IMG/VR virus record: IMGVR_UViG_3300001580_000011
Span: 1-64,000 of that record
Length of the DNA: 64,000 nucleotides
Source: a virus
Lineage: Duplodnaviria; Caudoviricetes
Strand: one strand, 5' to 3'
Shown: positions 28,640-38,885 of the stretch, piece after piece
How the letters are laid out: the number at the start of each line of letters is the position of its first letter
How positions within the stretch are numbered: the first letter of the stretch is position 1
Notes under the pieces: model-generated
Databases searched by the model: none
What the model was told of the DNA's origin: nothing
Seen by the model: only the letters and a program-made list of their open reading frames with translations
Position numbers and translations under genes: made by a program

Positions 28640-28965
28640 GTAAAAGTCAATTTAAACAGATTGTAATGCCTCCAATAGGCACGATGGTAGAAGATAAGTA
28701 TAAGGTTGATTACGTTCACTACGGTAAGTTAAAATTCACTGCAAAGGGTACTCCTATGATGGGCGATCTTTTAATTTGGGAAGGACGTAAGTATATTGTT
28801 AATTATTTTATAAAAGAAGATAAATTTTATGCAGAATTTGCTGGGTTTGTGGAAAATCCAACAGTCGAAAATAATGTAAAAGTTGAAGATATCACCTGTG
28901 ATTGTGGAGAATGTGGTGATAATACAATGATGGTAGATATAGATGAAAGGGATAGTTTAGTATAA
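28630..28965 (+). CDS. Hypothetical protein
   Basis: ORF in operon; GGAG before ATG 28630. Confidence 0.5.
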   Translation: MQVSKSQFKQIVMPPIGTMVEDKYKVDYVHYGKLKFTAKGTPMMGDLLIWEGRKYIVNYFIKEDKFYAEFAGFVENPTVENNVKVEDITCDCGECGDNTMMVDIDERDSLV

Positions 28966-28991
28966 TATCGAAAAAATTGAGAAAATTTTAA

Positions 28992-29678
28992 ATGTTAAAA
29001 ATTATTAGAAAAGATATAGGTGCTAAGATACTTGTTGCAACACCTCTTTTTACCGGACATAAGATATCAAAAGAAACGGAACAATCAATAAAAAGAAATA
29101 CGGTTCCTATAATATGGGCTTCTTATGAGGGACCAGATAAACACGCAGCTAATGTCCAGCATTTGCTAAATGAATACAAAAAACAATTCGGTAATTTTCC
29201 CCCCTACATACAAGTACTTGATCGTGATATCATAGCTGGAAGATATATGTTAGATAGGTTATATGATGTCTTAGAGAGATCGAGGTTTCAATCCGATAAG
29301 AAATTTGGATATGCCTATGCTAGTTTTGAGTATAGAGGTTATATCAATGCTCAATTCCCGGCCCGTGTATTCGATATTAATATGTTGATGAAAAGTAACT
29401 ACATATCATCCAATTCTTTATATTGTAGTGAAGTTGTAGAGGAAGTGGGGGGATTTGTTACGGAAGAAGATACACATAGATTGTCGGATTGGGCGTTTTT
29501 CTTAAAATTATTTCAACACGGATATCACGGTATTCCCTCTATCAACGCTTCTTTTGTTGCTATTAGTTCTAAAGACGATATTTCGGCCGGAAGTCAAGAA
29601 GAATATCAAAGAACATATAAAATAATTCAAGAAAGATATGTAAAACCAATAGTGATGAAATGTAATATTATTCATTGA
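28992..29678 (+). CDS. GT-A/GT2-like glycosyltransferase
   Basis: LDRD (DxD), NYISSNSL, VGGF, DWAFFL. Confidence 0.7.
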   Translation: MLKIIRKDIGAKILVATPLFTGHKISKETEQSIKRNTVPIIWASYEGPDKHAANVQHLLNEYKKQFGNFPPYIQVLDRDIIAGRYMLDRLYDVLERSRFQSDKKFGYAYASFEYRGYINAQFPARVFDINMLMKSNYISSNSLYCSEVVEEVGGFVTEEDTHRLSDWAFFLKLFQHGYHGIPSINASFVAISSKDDISAGSQEEYQRTYKIIQERYVKPIVMKCNIIH

Positions 29679-29720
29679 TCTAGACTGTTTTATAAACATT
29701 CAAGATATTTTTTGGATAAT

Positions 29721-29763
29721 AAAAAAGGGCATTGGAGATTTAATCCCCTAGCCCTCTCTCTTT
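29721..29763. terminator. Possible bidirectional terminator between convergent genes
   Basis: A6-GGGC...GCCC-pyrimidine run. Confidence 0.45.
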
Positions 29764-29785
29764 AATAGAGCAACACCCTGCTATC

Positions 29786-29950
29786 TTACGTTTTCCAAAT
29801 ATCCGGTTGTTTTCCTGTAGTCCACGGCAGTTCTTCACTAACTGTTACAATTCCAGTATCAAACACATCTTTATCTTCCCAATTCTTTTCAACAACAGGA
29901 TTTTCTTTTGGTGTATCGTTCAAAATATCATCGAATAGATCATCAAACAT
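29786..29950 (-). CDS. Small acidic protein with doubled N-terminal tag MFDDLFDDIL (54 aa)
   Basis: TAATG coupling with upstream ORF; translated by eye. Confidence 0.55.
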   Translation of the reverse strand: MFDDLFDDILNDTPKENPVVEKNWEDKDVFDTGIVTVSEELPWTTGKQPDIWKT

Positions 29951-30156
29951 TACTTCTTTACCCCTTTCTTATTTGGCTTCTTTACCACAATTACTTTTTG
30001 AACACAGTCCTTAAAAGTTTCTTCAAGGGCCGATGCTTTAACACCCGATAAAAAAGATACTCTTCTTACTACATCATGATATTCTTTGATTGTTAATTTT
30101 ACTTCAGCATCATTCAGAATACCTAAAATCGTTTGTATATATTTCTCAGTTTTCAT
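29950..30156 (-). CDS. Hypothetical protein (possibly leaderless)
   Basis: ATG lies 7 nt after a TATAAT -10 box. Confidence 0.55.
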   Translation of the reverse strand: MKTEKYIQTILGILNDAEVKLTIKEYHDVVRRVSFLSGVKASALEETFKDCVQKVIVVKKPNKKGVKK

Positions 30157-30162
30157 ACTCAT

Positions 30163-30192
30163 ATTATACCACAATTACACAAGGATGTAAAC
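30163..30192 (-). promoter_or_regulatory. Early-type promoter
   Basis: GTTTACA-N17-TATAAT with extended TG. Confidence 0.75.
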
Positions 30193-30193
30193 A

Positions 30194-30358
30194 TCAATTA
30201 TCTAATGATTTCGAAATATTGGGCGTGGGAACAACTATTTTCCTGTTTTTGTCCGGTATCTCAACAATAGCCCAACCCCATTTTAAGTAAATAATTTGAC
30301 CACGTTGGCCACTTTCACATATTACAACTTGATCTCCAATTGTGAAAGTTTGTGCCAT
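30194..30358 (-). CDS. Small KOW/SH3-like protein (54 aa)
   Basis: F.IGDQVVI...G.RG.I......AIVEI; coupled to neuB stop. Confidence 0.5.
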   Translation of the reverse strand: MAQTFTIGDQVVICESGQRGQIIYLKWGWAIVEIPDKNRKIVVPTPNISKSLDN

Positions 30359-31188
30359 TATTTCCTTAATTTCTTTTTAATTTCTTCTTCTGACGGATAT
30401 ACTATCCATTCACCCGTTCCCATACCTTCCTGCCACGCTTTACAATAACTAGACAATCTGGTTACACCACCAGGCTCAATACTAGCTGCTTGATCTGAAC
30501 CATACATTGATCTATCAAGGGTAATATGAAATTCAATCATTTCAGCACCAAATGCTGGCGCTACTGTTGCCCAAAAAATACCCGGTGAGTGATTACTAAA
30601 CCCTATTTTATATTTAGGTGAATATTCGTTTTTCAATGTAGAAATAAATTTCATATTCATTTCACTATCTTTGGTTGGATATGTAGAGGTGCAGGCTAAA
30701 ATATACTCAACACGATTACCAAGAACCTCAAGACACTTATCAACTTCTGCCTTTGTTGACATACCGGTGGAAATGATTACAGGGGTATCGGTATGATATT
30801 TGATGGTATTCAATAATTCTAAATTGGTAATGAGTGCAGACGGAATTTTTATGTATGGTGGTTCATACTGTTTCAAGAATAAAACACTTTCCGTATCCCA
30901 CGGACTGGCAAACCAACCAACAAAATTTACACGACAATAGGCGTCGATACGATCATAATCTTTTTGATTTAGCTCCAACCCCATCTTCTGTTCACGATTA
31001 GTAAATCCCCACGGGCTTTCACGATACCTATCCAATTCCTCTTTCGTGTAAACCTTTTCTACCGTTCTTTTCTGAAATTTTACATAATCAAGATTTGCAA
31101 GATTAGCGACATTAATAAGTTTTTTGATAATATCCATATCAGAATTATGATTTATGCCGATTTCTCCGACAAGCACCACCTTATTCAT
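30358..31188 (-). CDS. neuB: N-acetylneuraminate/nonulosonate synthase (short, no SAF domain)
   Basis: EIGINHN, VKFQKR, KIPSA, ISTGMS, CTSTYP, GFSNHS, IEFHITLDR.MYGSDQAAS. Confidence 0.92.
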   Translation of the reverse strand: MNKVVLVGEIGINHNSDMDIIKKLINVANLANLDYVKFQKRTVEKVYTKEELDRYRESPWGFTNREQKMGLELNQKDYDRIDAYCRVNFVGWFASPWDTESVLFLKQYEPPYIKIPSALITNLELLNTIKYHTDTPVIISTGMSTKAEVDKCLEVLGNRVEYILACTSTYPTKDSEMNMKFISTLKNEYSPKYKIGFSNHSPGIFWATVAPAFGAEMIEFHITLDRSMYGSDQAASIEPGGVTRLSSYCKAWQEGMGTGEWIVYPSEEEIKKKLRK

Positions 31189-31216
31189 AAAGAAAACCTC
31201 CAATATTTTCTATAGA

Positions 31217-31224
31217 TATTTATA
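31217..31224 (-). promoter_or_regulatory. T4-type late promoter upstream of neuB
   Basis: TATAAATA on minus strand 29 nt upstream of ATG. Confidence 0.6.
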
Positions 31225-31980
31225 TTATCGGTGGATTTCTTTTTTTACAAGATCGACATAATTTAATAAGGGATATAAAGGCGTTTTCTTATATCCCACA
31301 AGAATTTCTCTTCCCTGTGGTTTCATATGTTTTTTGTTGAAGTCAATGACGAAATCAACGATATGTGATGTATTGTGAGGTAAATTTGGTTTCTTTCCTT
31401 CGTGGTCTTTATTGGTCAGGCAATGTGTTTTACCATACTTCTTATCACCACTTGACCAAAAATATTTACTGTCGGTAATATCGACACCATATAAAACAAT
31501 ATATTCATATCCCATCTTATACATCAGGTGTATTAGAGTGGAAAGAGATACGTCAAAACATTTCATCAAGGGGCCGGACGGGTCAAAATTTGCATCTATT
31601 TTTACATTTGGATTGATTTTAGGATGTTCGCCGTATTTTCTATACTCATAGGAATATATCTGGGCTTCTTTCGGATGGCCAATTGCTTCTGCTACATAAT
31701 GTGCCCTGTCTGAATTGAGAAGATATTTCACGTTCTTCCATCCCAATTCCCACTTCTCTGCAATACGATCTTTTGATATCTGGAAGTCATATGTTTTCAA
31801 TTCAAGGGACAACATCTTGGGAATAAATTTTGGATGATAAAACCAGTTATTGATACCCAATGTATCACATTCCCTAATGGCATTCCATTCTTCTCTTATA
31901 AGATCATTGACAGAGCTACCAGACCCAAGAATGACCCCAATATTTGTTTCTCTTGTCAGTTCTTTTATATTTCTAAACAT
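31225..31980 (-). CDS. Maf/sialyltransferase-like nonulosonate transferase (DUF115-like)
   Basis: VILGSGSS..., GINN, MGYE.IVLYGVD motifs; adjacent to neuB. Confidence 0.6.
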   Translation of the reverse strand: MFRNIKELTRETNIGVILGSGSSVNDLIREEWNAIRECDTLGINNWFYHPKFIPKMLSLELKTYDFQISKDRIAEKWELGWKNVKYLLNSDRAHYVAEAIGHPKEAQIYSYEYRKYGEHPKINPNVKIDANFDPSGPLMKCFDVSLSTLIHLMYKMGYEYIVLYGVDITDSKYFWSSGDKKYGKTHCLTNKDHEGKKPNLPHNTSHIVDFVIDFNKKHMKPQGREILVGYKKTPLYPLLNYVDLVKKEIHR

Positions 31981-33079
31981 TTTTACTCATTACCTTATCT
32001 ATATAATCAAATATTTTCTGTTGTTGATTTTCATATGAATAAAATTCATTAGATTTTTTCTGGATTTCGTTTGACATTTTATTTAATAGAACCCTATCAT
32101 CGTATAATTTTTTGATATTATCAACTATTTTATCGACATCATCTCTTTCTATTATAATTACACTTTTTGAATATGGATAACATTTTGACGTATTATTCAT
32201 ATCCGTTGTTATTAAAACACTACCTCTTAACATCGCCTCAACACCTAACGGCCAGCCATTTTCTGCACCACCGCGATGAGGGTTGACGTATACATCAACA
32301 CTATCATACAAAATTTTAAGGTCCTCCATTGTCATTGAACCTATTTGGGTAACAAATTTACTATTAGGCGAGCTACCCACGGTAATAAATTCTATATGGT
32401 CATTGGGGTATAATAATTTATATCTCTCCGCCGCTTTTATATAAGTTGACGATCCCTTTTCTTCACTACTTTTTAAGGATGAAAAACATATTTTTAATTT
32501 ACCATTATTAATTGGTCGTAAAGAATAGGTATGATTTTTTTGTAAAAATGTCCCACCCAATACCTCTATAATATTTTTGTGCCCCATTCGACCTACCCAA
32601 TCTGTTATATACTTTTGAGTTGTAATGAGATGGACTTCTTTATTCTCGTATGATACATCCTTTGAAAAAAGATATTTCATCGGATAAAAATGTACAAACT
32701 GTTTTGAGGAAGGAACTTTATATAATGAGTTAAATTCTATGTATCGTGAATAAAAAATATGATATATCACATCGTAATTAGAGAGATTGAAATCTTCTTC
32801 TTTTGTAATTAAAAAATCATACCTAGATTTACTATTAAATTTTGTTCCGTCTATTTTTTTATTATGTTCATTAAGGGAATTAAAAACGGGATTAAAAATA
32901 AGAAGATTATGGTTTTCAATACCATAATATTCCTTCATTTGACCATATAAAGGCGCTTTATTTTTATGAGGATAAACTAATATATCTGCATCCTTATCTT
33001 TTATAAAAGATTTTGTTTCTTCCATAAGCCATTGTGCATGATGGGCGGGAACCTGGCTACTAACGACGAGTATTTTCAT
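31973..33079 (-). CDS. GT-B (GT4-like) glycosyltransferase
   Basis: EEKG, DVYV.P...ENGWPLGVEAM..G..LITT. Confidence 0.8.
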   Translation of the reverse strand: MKILVVSSQVPAHHAQWLMEETKSFIKDKDADILVYPHKNKAPLYGQMKEYYGIENHNLLIFNPVFNSLNEHNKKIDGTKFNSKSRYDFLITKEEDFNLSNYDVIYHIFYSRYIEFNSLYKVPSSKQFVHFYPMKYLFSKDVSYENKEVHLITTQKYITDWVGRMGHKNIIEVLGGTFLQKNHTYSLRPINNGKLKICFSSLKSSEEKGSSTYIKAAERYKLLYPNDHIEFITVGSSPNSKFVTQIGSMTMEDLKILYDSVDVYVNPHRGGAENGWPLGVEAMLRGSVLITTDMNNTSKCYPYSKSVIIIERDDVDKIVDNIKKLYDDRVLLNKMSNEIQKKSNEFYSYENQQQKIFDYIDKVMSKNV

Positions 33080-33202
33080 AAGATAACCTTCCAATAATTT
33101 TTTAAAAATTCCATAACCCACCATTCACCTTTAAAATACATCCTGATAAATATTTTGTCAAATATTGCCCAATTTCACTACTTGCCCTCGCAATAAGGAT
33201 GT

Positions 33203-33733
33203 TCATCTTGAGTTATACTCCTCAAGAAATATTTTCTCTAACTCTAACATATTTTTTTTACGGTCTTTAATTTTTTTAGCAGGAATACCTGCATAAATTG
33301 ACCACGGTTCACAATCCTTATTTACCATCGAACACGCACCAATTGCGGCACCTTCACCAACAGTAACACCAGGCATAATATTCACTCTTGTTCCGGCAAC
33401 ACTGTGTCTTTTTAAAACAACCTTTCCACTTTTAAATATAGGTTTGTATTTCATTGGTATACATGGACTAATTAAAGACTCACCAGAAAAATCATCCGAT
33501 TGAGATAAAATACATAGGCCTGGGCCGGAGCCCGAAAAATCTTCTAATTCGATTCCACCACCACCAAAGAGATAAGAACCACAACCGATATGGATATGAC
33601 TTCCTATTTTTAATCCGATTCCACCTGATAACACACAAAATGCGTCAATCCTAGTATTCTCACCAATCTCGATCATATCACCGTTAAAAATTTGAACAGT
33701 TGGATGTATAACACTACCCTTACCGATTTTCAT
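33203..33733 (-). CDS. Hexapeptide-repeat acyltransferase
   Basis: Left-handed beta-helix repeats, GIPAKKIK. Confidence 0.88.
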   Translation of the reverse strand: MKIGKGSVIHPTVQIFNGDMIEIGENTRIDAFCVLSGGIGLKIGSHIHIGCGSYLFGGGGIELEDFSGSGPGLCILSQSDDFSGESLISPCIPMKYKPIFKSGKVVLKRHSVAGTRVNIMPGVTVGEGAAIGACSMVNKDCEPWSIYAGIPAKKIKDRKKNMLELEKIFLEEYNSR

Positions 33734-33744
33734 AAATCAACTCC

Positions 33745-34167
33745 CTATTGAGGCCAAATAGGTTCCTTACCATTTCCGACCTTTTTTTGTTCTATCATAA
33801 GTACGTTTCTTTTCAATTCTGTTTCTGTCATATTTCTTATAACCCTACACGGATTTCCTGCAGCGATAACACCCGAAGGTATATCTTTCGAAACTACACT
33901 TCCAGCACCTATAATAACATTATTACCGATCTTAACCCCAGGCAAAATAATACATCCCCAACCGATAAAAACATTATTTCCGACTATCGTTTCAATTTTT
34001 TTCTTTTTATAAAATATTATAGGACAATGTGTTATTATCCTAGAATTTGCACCCAAAACAACATTATCGCCTATAGTAACGATTTCACCACATAAGGGAT
34101 CAATTGAACCAATACATTGAAAGTTTTTACCACATTTTTTTAGTTTACTCATCGCCTCTGGTTTCAT
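33745..34167 (-). CDS. Hexapeptide-repeat O-acetyltransferase
   Basis: VGNNVFIG..ILPGVKIG..IGAGSVV, GNPCRVIR; start uncertain. Confidence 0.88.
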   Translation of the reverse strand: MKPEAMSKLKKCGKNFQCIGSIDPLCGEIVTIGDNVVLGANSRIITHCPIIFYKKKKIETIVGNNVFIGWGCIILPGVKIGNNVIIGAGSVVSKDIPSGVIAAGNPCRVIRNMTETELKRNVLMIEQKKVGNGKEPIWPQ

Positions 34168-34792
34168 TATAGACCTCAAATTTTGATAGGTCTGGATATG
34201 GTAACTCCAAATCTTCATTATGTTTGGGTTTCATATCTGGTAGACTATAAAATTGTCTCATTAACAATAACCCCCTTGTAGCAAGCTCGGGCATCATATA
34301 CATATTCCAACCTAACATATCGAAGTTGTCATCGTGATACGAACATTCCCTTCTACCGGAGTTTCGTGATCTCTTGAACCAGAGATATGCCTTGTAATCG
34401 TCTGTCAGGATGGCACCACCTTTACTCAATTTGAAGTGCTTATATGGTCCGGTGAATGATATACACATATGGGTATTTGAAATATACATATCATAAGTGA
34501 ACCTCAATGCTGAATCCCATACCTTTGTCGGTTCCAATTGGTATGCCCCTTTCAGTGTCACGCCTTCCATTGGCCGAAATTTTACCTTTCCTCCGGCGTG
34601 AATGATCTCACAGGGAACAGATGGATATGTTCGGGCGGGAATGGTTATCTCTTTTCCTTTTATATTCTCATACATAAGAGATAAAAATAAAGCATTACTT
34701 TGATTATCCAGACATACAACATATGGTGCTCTGGTGTAATCTGATAACTCTTTTTCAAATTGCTCTGTTATTTTGTGAACACCCTCTGCCAT
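34145..34792 (-). CDS. DegT/DnrJ-family PLP aminotransferase (short form)
   Basis: FEKEL..Y, TY.SVP..I, DSA, SF...K, GGAILTD. Confidence 0.8.
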   Translation of the reverse strand: MAEGVHKITEQFEKELSDYTRAPYVVCLDNQSNALFLSLMYENIKGKEITIPARTYPSVPCEIIHAGGKVKFRPMEGVTLKGAYQLEPTKVWDSALRFTYDMYISNTHMCISFTGPYKHFKLSKGGAILTDDYKAYLWFKRSRNSGRRECSYHDDNFDMLGWNMYMMPELATRGLLLMRQFYSLPDMKPKHNEDLELPYPDLSKFEVYNETRGDE

Positions 34793-34867
34793 TACCTATA
34801 CCATGTACCCAAAATAATTTTTATTTTTGAACTTCTTTTCAACTCTTCGATTTCATGAAAATGATAT

Positions 34868-34972
34868 TCAATCACTTATTGTAACCCCTTTTGGATTATA
34901 TTCAAGTCTCTGACAACGATATCCTTTATGACGTTTTCTTTTTATTATATTGGTTATTTTGTAGATGTTCAT
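34868..34972 (-). pseudogene. GIY-YIG homing endonuclease relic
   Basis: MNIYKITN start fused directly to an HKGY-type tail; 34 aa. Confidence 0.45.
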
Positions 34973-34976
34973 AATG

Positions 34977-35771
34977 TCAATCCGAAGTAGGAACGCCAAA
35001 AAATTCACATTTACTTCCACAGAAAGGCAATTCTTTTCTCTTTCCTTCAATATGTTTTCTCAACATTTCCTGTCTCTTTTCACCGTTCCACATTGCTTCT
35101 AATTCAGTGTCAACAATATTTCCCAAAACTAATTCACCTTCTGGATCAAATCTTACGCATACAGAAACATTCCCGAAACGATCAATAGCCAATCGGTTCA
35201 ACAAATCCAGACACACACCGTGCTCGGGTATTGTGGGTGATTTGCGATATCCTATAGACCCTTTGGGTTGGTGAATTGTTCGATATACCTTTGTTACGTC
35301 AATGTCTTTATAACGCTCAACGTCTGCTTTACCCACGAAACGAAGATTGAGATAAGGACGTTTATCGCCTTTCATAACCAAAAAATCAACTATTTCATCA
35401 TACTGTTGGTTGGCAACTTCTGGTATTTCATTTTCAATAATAGAAACAGAAACAATATCGAGGTTGTCGATGATTTCATTTGCCTTTTTTGCAAGCAATA
35501 AACCATTGGTAACAAAATATGTTGTCTGATTTTCAAATAATTGGAGGGCTTCACCAAGACGGGGATACATCATTGGTTCACCGTTATTATGAAGGGCAAC
35601 TACAATACCGGAAGGTAATTCATCGGCAATCAAGAAAAGTAGATCAAAATCAATATCACCATAATTCTGATCACCATATAACTTTTCTCTTTCCCTACGA
35701 CCACAAAAACTACACTTTTTATTGCAGCGGGATGTAAGCTCACAATTAACAACAGCCAAACCGTTCATCAT
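34977..35771 (-). CDS. Radical SAM/SPASM-twitch protein
   Basis: CNKKCSFC, GEP, TNG, C-terminal Cys cluster. Confidence 0.9.
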   Translation of the reverse strand: MMNGLAVVNCELTSRCNKKCSFCGRREREKLYGDQNYGDIDFDLLFLIADELPSGIVVALHNNGEPMMYPRLGEALQLFENQTTYFVTNGLLLAKKANEIIDNLDIVSVSIIENEIPEVANQQYDEIVDFLVMKGDKRPYLNLRFVGKADVERYKDIDVTKVYRTIHQPKGSIGYRKSPTIPEHGVCLDLLNRLAIDRFGNVSVCVRFDPEGELVLGNIVDTELEAMWNGEKRQEMLRKHIEGKRKELPFCGSKCEFFGVPTSD

Positions 35772-36028
35772 AAAAGCACCTTCTTTAATAAAACATAACC
35801 TTTATTTTTTCCATATTTTAAGAAAATTATCCTCATTGAATGATAGCTCGTTTTTTTATCAAGACACCAGTATTTTAAACTTGATACTTTTTCTATTTTG
35901 TTTTCTGGTGTTTTTATGTACCAAATATATTTTGATGTGCCTTCCATTCTTTTTCTATTTACTTCATCATTATAACGGCCTTTTGTCATATTGACTTGTC
36001 CCAATCCGGCAAAATAATTGTTATTCAT
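35768..36028 (-). CDS. Small basic protein, probable homing-endonuclease DNA-binding remnant
   Basis: TPENK...SLK.WC...KGY tail pattern. Confidence 0.4.
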   Translation of the reverse strand: MNNNYFAGLGQVNMTKGRYNDEVNRKRMEGTSKYIWYIKTPENKIEKVSSLKYWCLDKKTSYHSMRIIFLKYGKNKGYVLLKKVLL

Positions 36029-36576
36029 TTCTTATCCCTAAACACTAAGAGCCAAGATTTTCTCCATTCTTCTTTGTAAAAACTATTAAAATATTTTGCA
36101 TATTCCGATATTTCATCGACATTTGGTTGATGTTTGTCAATAATATTTTTTTCACTAAGGCGAACAACTCTCGGAAAGGATATTAATAATATACCTCCGG
36201 TATCTAAAACAGAAATAAAATCATCCATAACCCTTTTTGATGTTTCGTATGTAAGATGTTCTAAAGTTTCGATTGATAGAACAACTGATACTTTTGAAAT
36301 ATAATCTTTTATACTTTCTTTTTCTAAATCTATACAAATAACTTTTCTGCCATCATTTTTCAATCTTTGAAGTTTTGTCGGGTCAATGTCAACAGCTATA
36401 TAATTTCCTTCCCTGATACTTCTTCCGGTTCTTGAATTAAAAAAATAATCGGCCACCATATAACCATCACCGGAAGCACAATCCAACCAAGTAGTATATT
36501 TACCGTAGAATTTATTCGGAATAAATTTTACCAAATGTTCCGGTTTTGAATTTTTCTTTTCTGATCTATCAACCAT
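36025..36576 (-). CDS. Class I SAM-dependent methyltransferase
   Basis: LDCASGDG, AVDID, ETLEHL, L..GG.L.ISFP. Confidence 0.85.
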   Translation of the reverse strand: MVDRSEKKNSKPEHLVKFIPNKFYGKYTTWLDCASGDGYMVADYFFNSRTGRSIREGNYIAVDIDPTKLQRLKNDGRKVICIDLEKESIKDYISKVSVVLSIETLEHLTYETSKRVMDDFISVLDTGGILLISFPRVVRLSEKNIIDKHQPNVDEISEYAKYFNSFYKEEWRKSWLLVFRDKK

Positions 36577-37240
36577 TTCCTTTTATTCCCTTCAATATAT
36601 ATTCAACGTGCCTCATATCAGCCATATCATCAATTTCAAATGAAGCCCAAAATGGAATATCAACATATCCTATTTTACCACTAAGGCGACAACCTGATTT
36701 CAGATATGCTTCTCTGGTGGTAATATAAAAAGCACCAGTTTCAATAATATATTTATCCTTTCTGTCCTGCCTAATTCCTCGATTTTGTAAAGAATAATTT
36801 ACTGGGGACATATTCTCTTTATCCCAAAATAAAAGGTCGTTACCTTCCATGCTCATGCCAGAAAAAACAGCATCACATTCTCCTGTAATAATTCTAGCGA
36901 TACCCCGATTGATCCATACCGACTTTGTAAGTGGTGATGTAGGAGAAAGCAAAACAAGGATATCGTATTCGATATTGTCGGTGAAATGATTGATTACTTC
37001 TTCAATGGATGATGTATCACCCGCCAATTCTATTGGCCTGTCAATAACATTTACACCCCAGCTTTTGGCGTGTTCAGCTATCACCGCATCTTCTGTGCTA
37101 ACCCACGTTTCGGCCATAAAACATTGTTTACCTGTTTGGACAGCATACCATAATAAAGGTTTCCCGTTCAATGGATGAAGATTTTTTCGTGGTATACCTT
37201 TTGACCCACCTCTGGCCGGTATAAGAATTACTGATTTCAT
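36569..37240 (-). CDS. neuA: CMP-N-acetylneuraminate/nonulosonate synthetase
   Basis: IPARGGSKGIPRKN, VSTE, RP.ELA.D, PTSPL, E.GA.Y, EIDD. Confidence 0.92.
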   Translation of the reverse strand: MKSVILIPARGGSKGIPRKNLHPLNGKPLLWYAVQTGKQCFMAETWVSTEDAVIAEHAKSWGVNVIDRPIELAGDTSSIEEVINHFTDNIEYDILVLLSPTSPLTKSVWINRGIARIITGECDAVFSGMSMEGNDLLFWDKENMSPVNYSLQNRGIRQDRKDKYIIETGAFYITTREAYLKSGCRLSGKIGYVDIPFWASFEIDDMADMRHVEYILKGIKGNG

Positions 37241-37950
37241 TTACTCATTTTCTCCAATTTCTTTTCATATTTTTTTATTCTCATATCTTTACCAGTTGTT
37301 CCTCTACCTTCTAATCCAGATTTATGTGCACTCCAAAAGTAAGAATTGTTTTTTTCCGCCGGATCAAGATAACGATAATCAAGATTTTTCCATTTTAAAT
37401 CATACTTATTCATATACTTTATTACATACTGATAAAACGAAGGTTGATCCTTATCGTAAAAAAACTCACCATTCAATAGATAATCATTCCATTCATTAAG
37501 AAAATTCTCCGTCAATCTATTTGACCTTAGGGCAATAAAACCTCCAGCGACTTTTAATTTTTCTTTTATCATATATCCCGCTATATCAAAATCACCATCT
37601 GTAATCTCATTTGGTAATGGCTGAACCAATATCATATCAGTATCCACCATAATATAAATATCCGACTCAATTGCATCTAATGTTCGAAGGAAAAAAAGTG
37701 CTTTAGATTCTATAATTCTCCAAGAAATCTCTGCCTTTTCCATTGGTTCGATATCATAATAATCTATAGTATACTTATCCTTTAATATTTCTCTAATTTG
37801 AAAGTCACTTACACCATTATTATCCATATTCACTAAATGTAATGATATATAAGCATCTGGATGAAAAAGTTTAATAGATGGTATCAAAACTTTGGCCCAC
37901 GGTAGATAATCTTCATTAAAATATAAAATAAAACATAGACTTTTTTTCAT
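37237..37950 (-). CDS. GT-A glycosyltransferase (GT8/nucleotide-diphosphosugar transferase-like)
   Basis: VDTD DxD, AGGF, DQ motif. Confidence 0.65.
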   Translation of the reverse strand: MKKSLCFILYFNEDYLPWAKVLIPSIKLFHPDAYISLHLVNMDNNGVSDFQIREILKDKYTIDYYDIEPMEKAEISWRIIESKALFFLRTLDAIESDIYIMVDTDMILVQPLPNEITDGDFDIAGYMIKEKLKVAGGFIALRSNRLTENFLNEWNDYLLNGEFFYDKDQPSFYQYVIKYMNKYDLKWKNLDYRYLDPAEKNNSYFWSAHKSGLEGRGTTGKDMRIKKYEKKLEKMSK

Positions 37951-38885
37951 ATAACTAACTTAAAAAAATTAAAATATTGTTCAGAAACTTCTTCTATTTT
38001 TAACAATTCTGGCATTTTTACCCTATATCTATGTAAATCAATTTTTGCCATACATTTAGTTATTTTTCTTATACTATCAAGTCGATTCCAATTCTCCGAT
38101 AAAGGATCGACAGGCTCCATATTATCATCTTCTGGAAAAGTATAACACCCATAGGTCATAGAACATATTTCTGATGCACCACCACAGGCTTTTGTAGTTA
38201 TAACAGGTATACCCATCCCTATTGATTCTACAACAAAATTAGAGCACGCGTCCCTCTTATTAAAATATAAAGCGAGATTAGCCATCCTCATCGCCGAAAT
38301 AAAAAGGGGATTGTTGTGGGCCAAAGGACCATAATATATTATATTTGGATGTGATACTTCAACATTATTTCTCAAATCGCCTATAACATGAAGAAAGGAA
38401 TCTGGATTGGAAGAATGATAATCTAAAAAAATTGATATAATTTCTGGAAGTCTTTTCATTCTTGACCAATTTGCCACAGTGATTATATTGAAGGGGTCCG
38501 CTGGGTCGTGTTTACCACACCAAAATTCATCAATACCATTATAAATTATTGTTGATATGGCGCCTTCCTTTTTTTCGGTAAGATACTTTTCACATAAAAC
38601 CTTCGCATAATTACTTTGATAAATGATACCATCGGCTCTACTATGTGCATCACTAATAGTTTTATTTCTATCTTGATGTATACCGACATCATAATATGCT
38701 TGATCGAGCCTCAATACTATTGGTAAATCTGTTTCCTCTGAAATCCTGGCTGTGGCAATATATAAATCACATTTTTCTTGTGATTCCGTTTTTACCTTAC
38801 ATCCCATTTTTTTCCAATAAGGTAACATTCTTTTATAAAGAATATGTTTACCAATTTTTCCCGTTGTTTGTAAATACACCTTCAT
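37947..38885 (-). CDS. GT4-like glycosyltransferase
   Basis: IYQS, IYNGID, KR, DACSN.VVE.IG.G.PVI; paralogue of next gene. Confidence 0.85.
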   Translation of the reverse strand: MKVYLQTTGKIGKHILYKRMLPYWKKMGCKVKTESQEKCDLYIATARISEETDLPIVLRLDQAYYDVGIHQDRNKTISDAHSRADGIIYQSNYAKVLCEKYLTEKKEGAISTIIYNGIDEFWCGKHDPADPFNIITVANWSRMKRLPEIISIFLDYHSSNPDSFLHVIGDLRNNVEVSHPNIIYYGPLAHNNPLFISAMRMANLALYFNKRDACSNFVVESIGMGIPVITTKACGGASEICSMTYGCYTFPEDDNMEPVDPLSENWNRLDSIRKITKCMAKIDLHRYRVKMPELLKIEEVSEQYFNFFKLVI

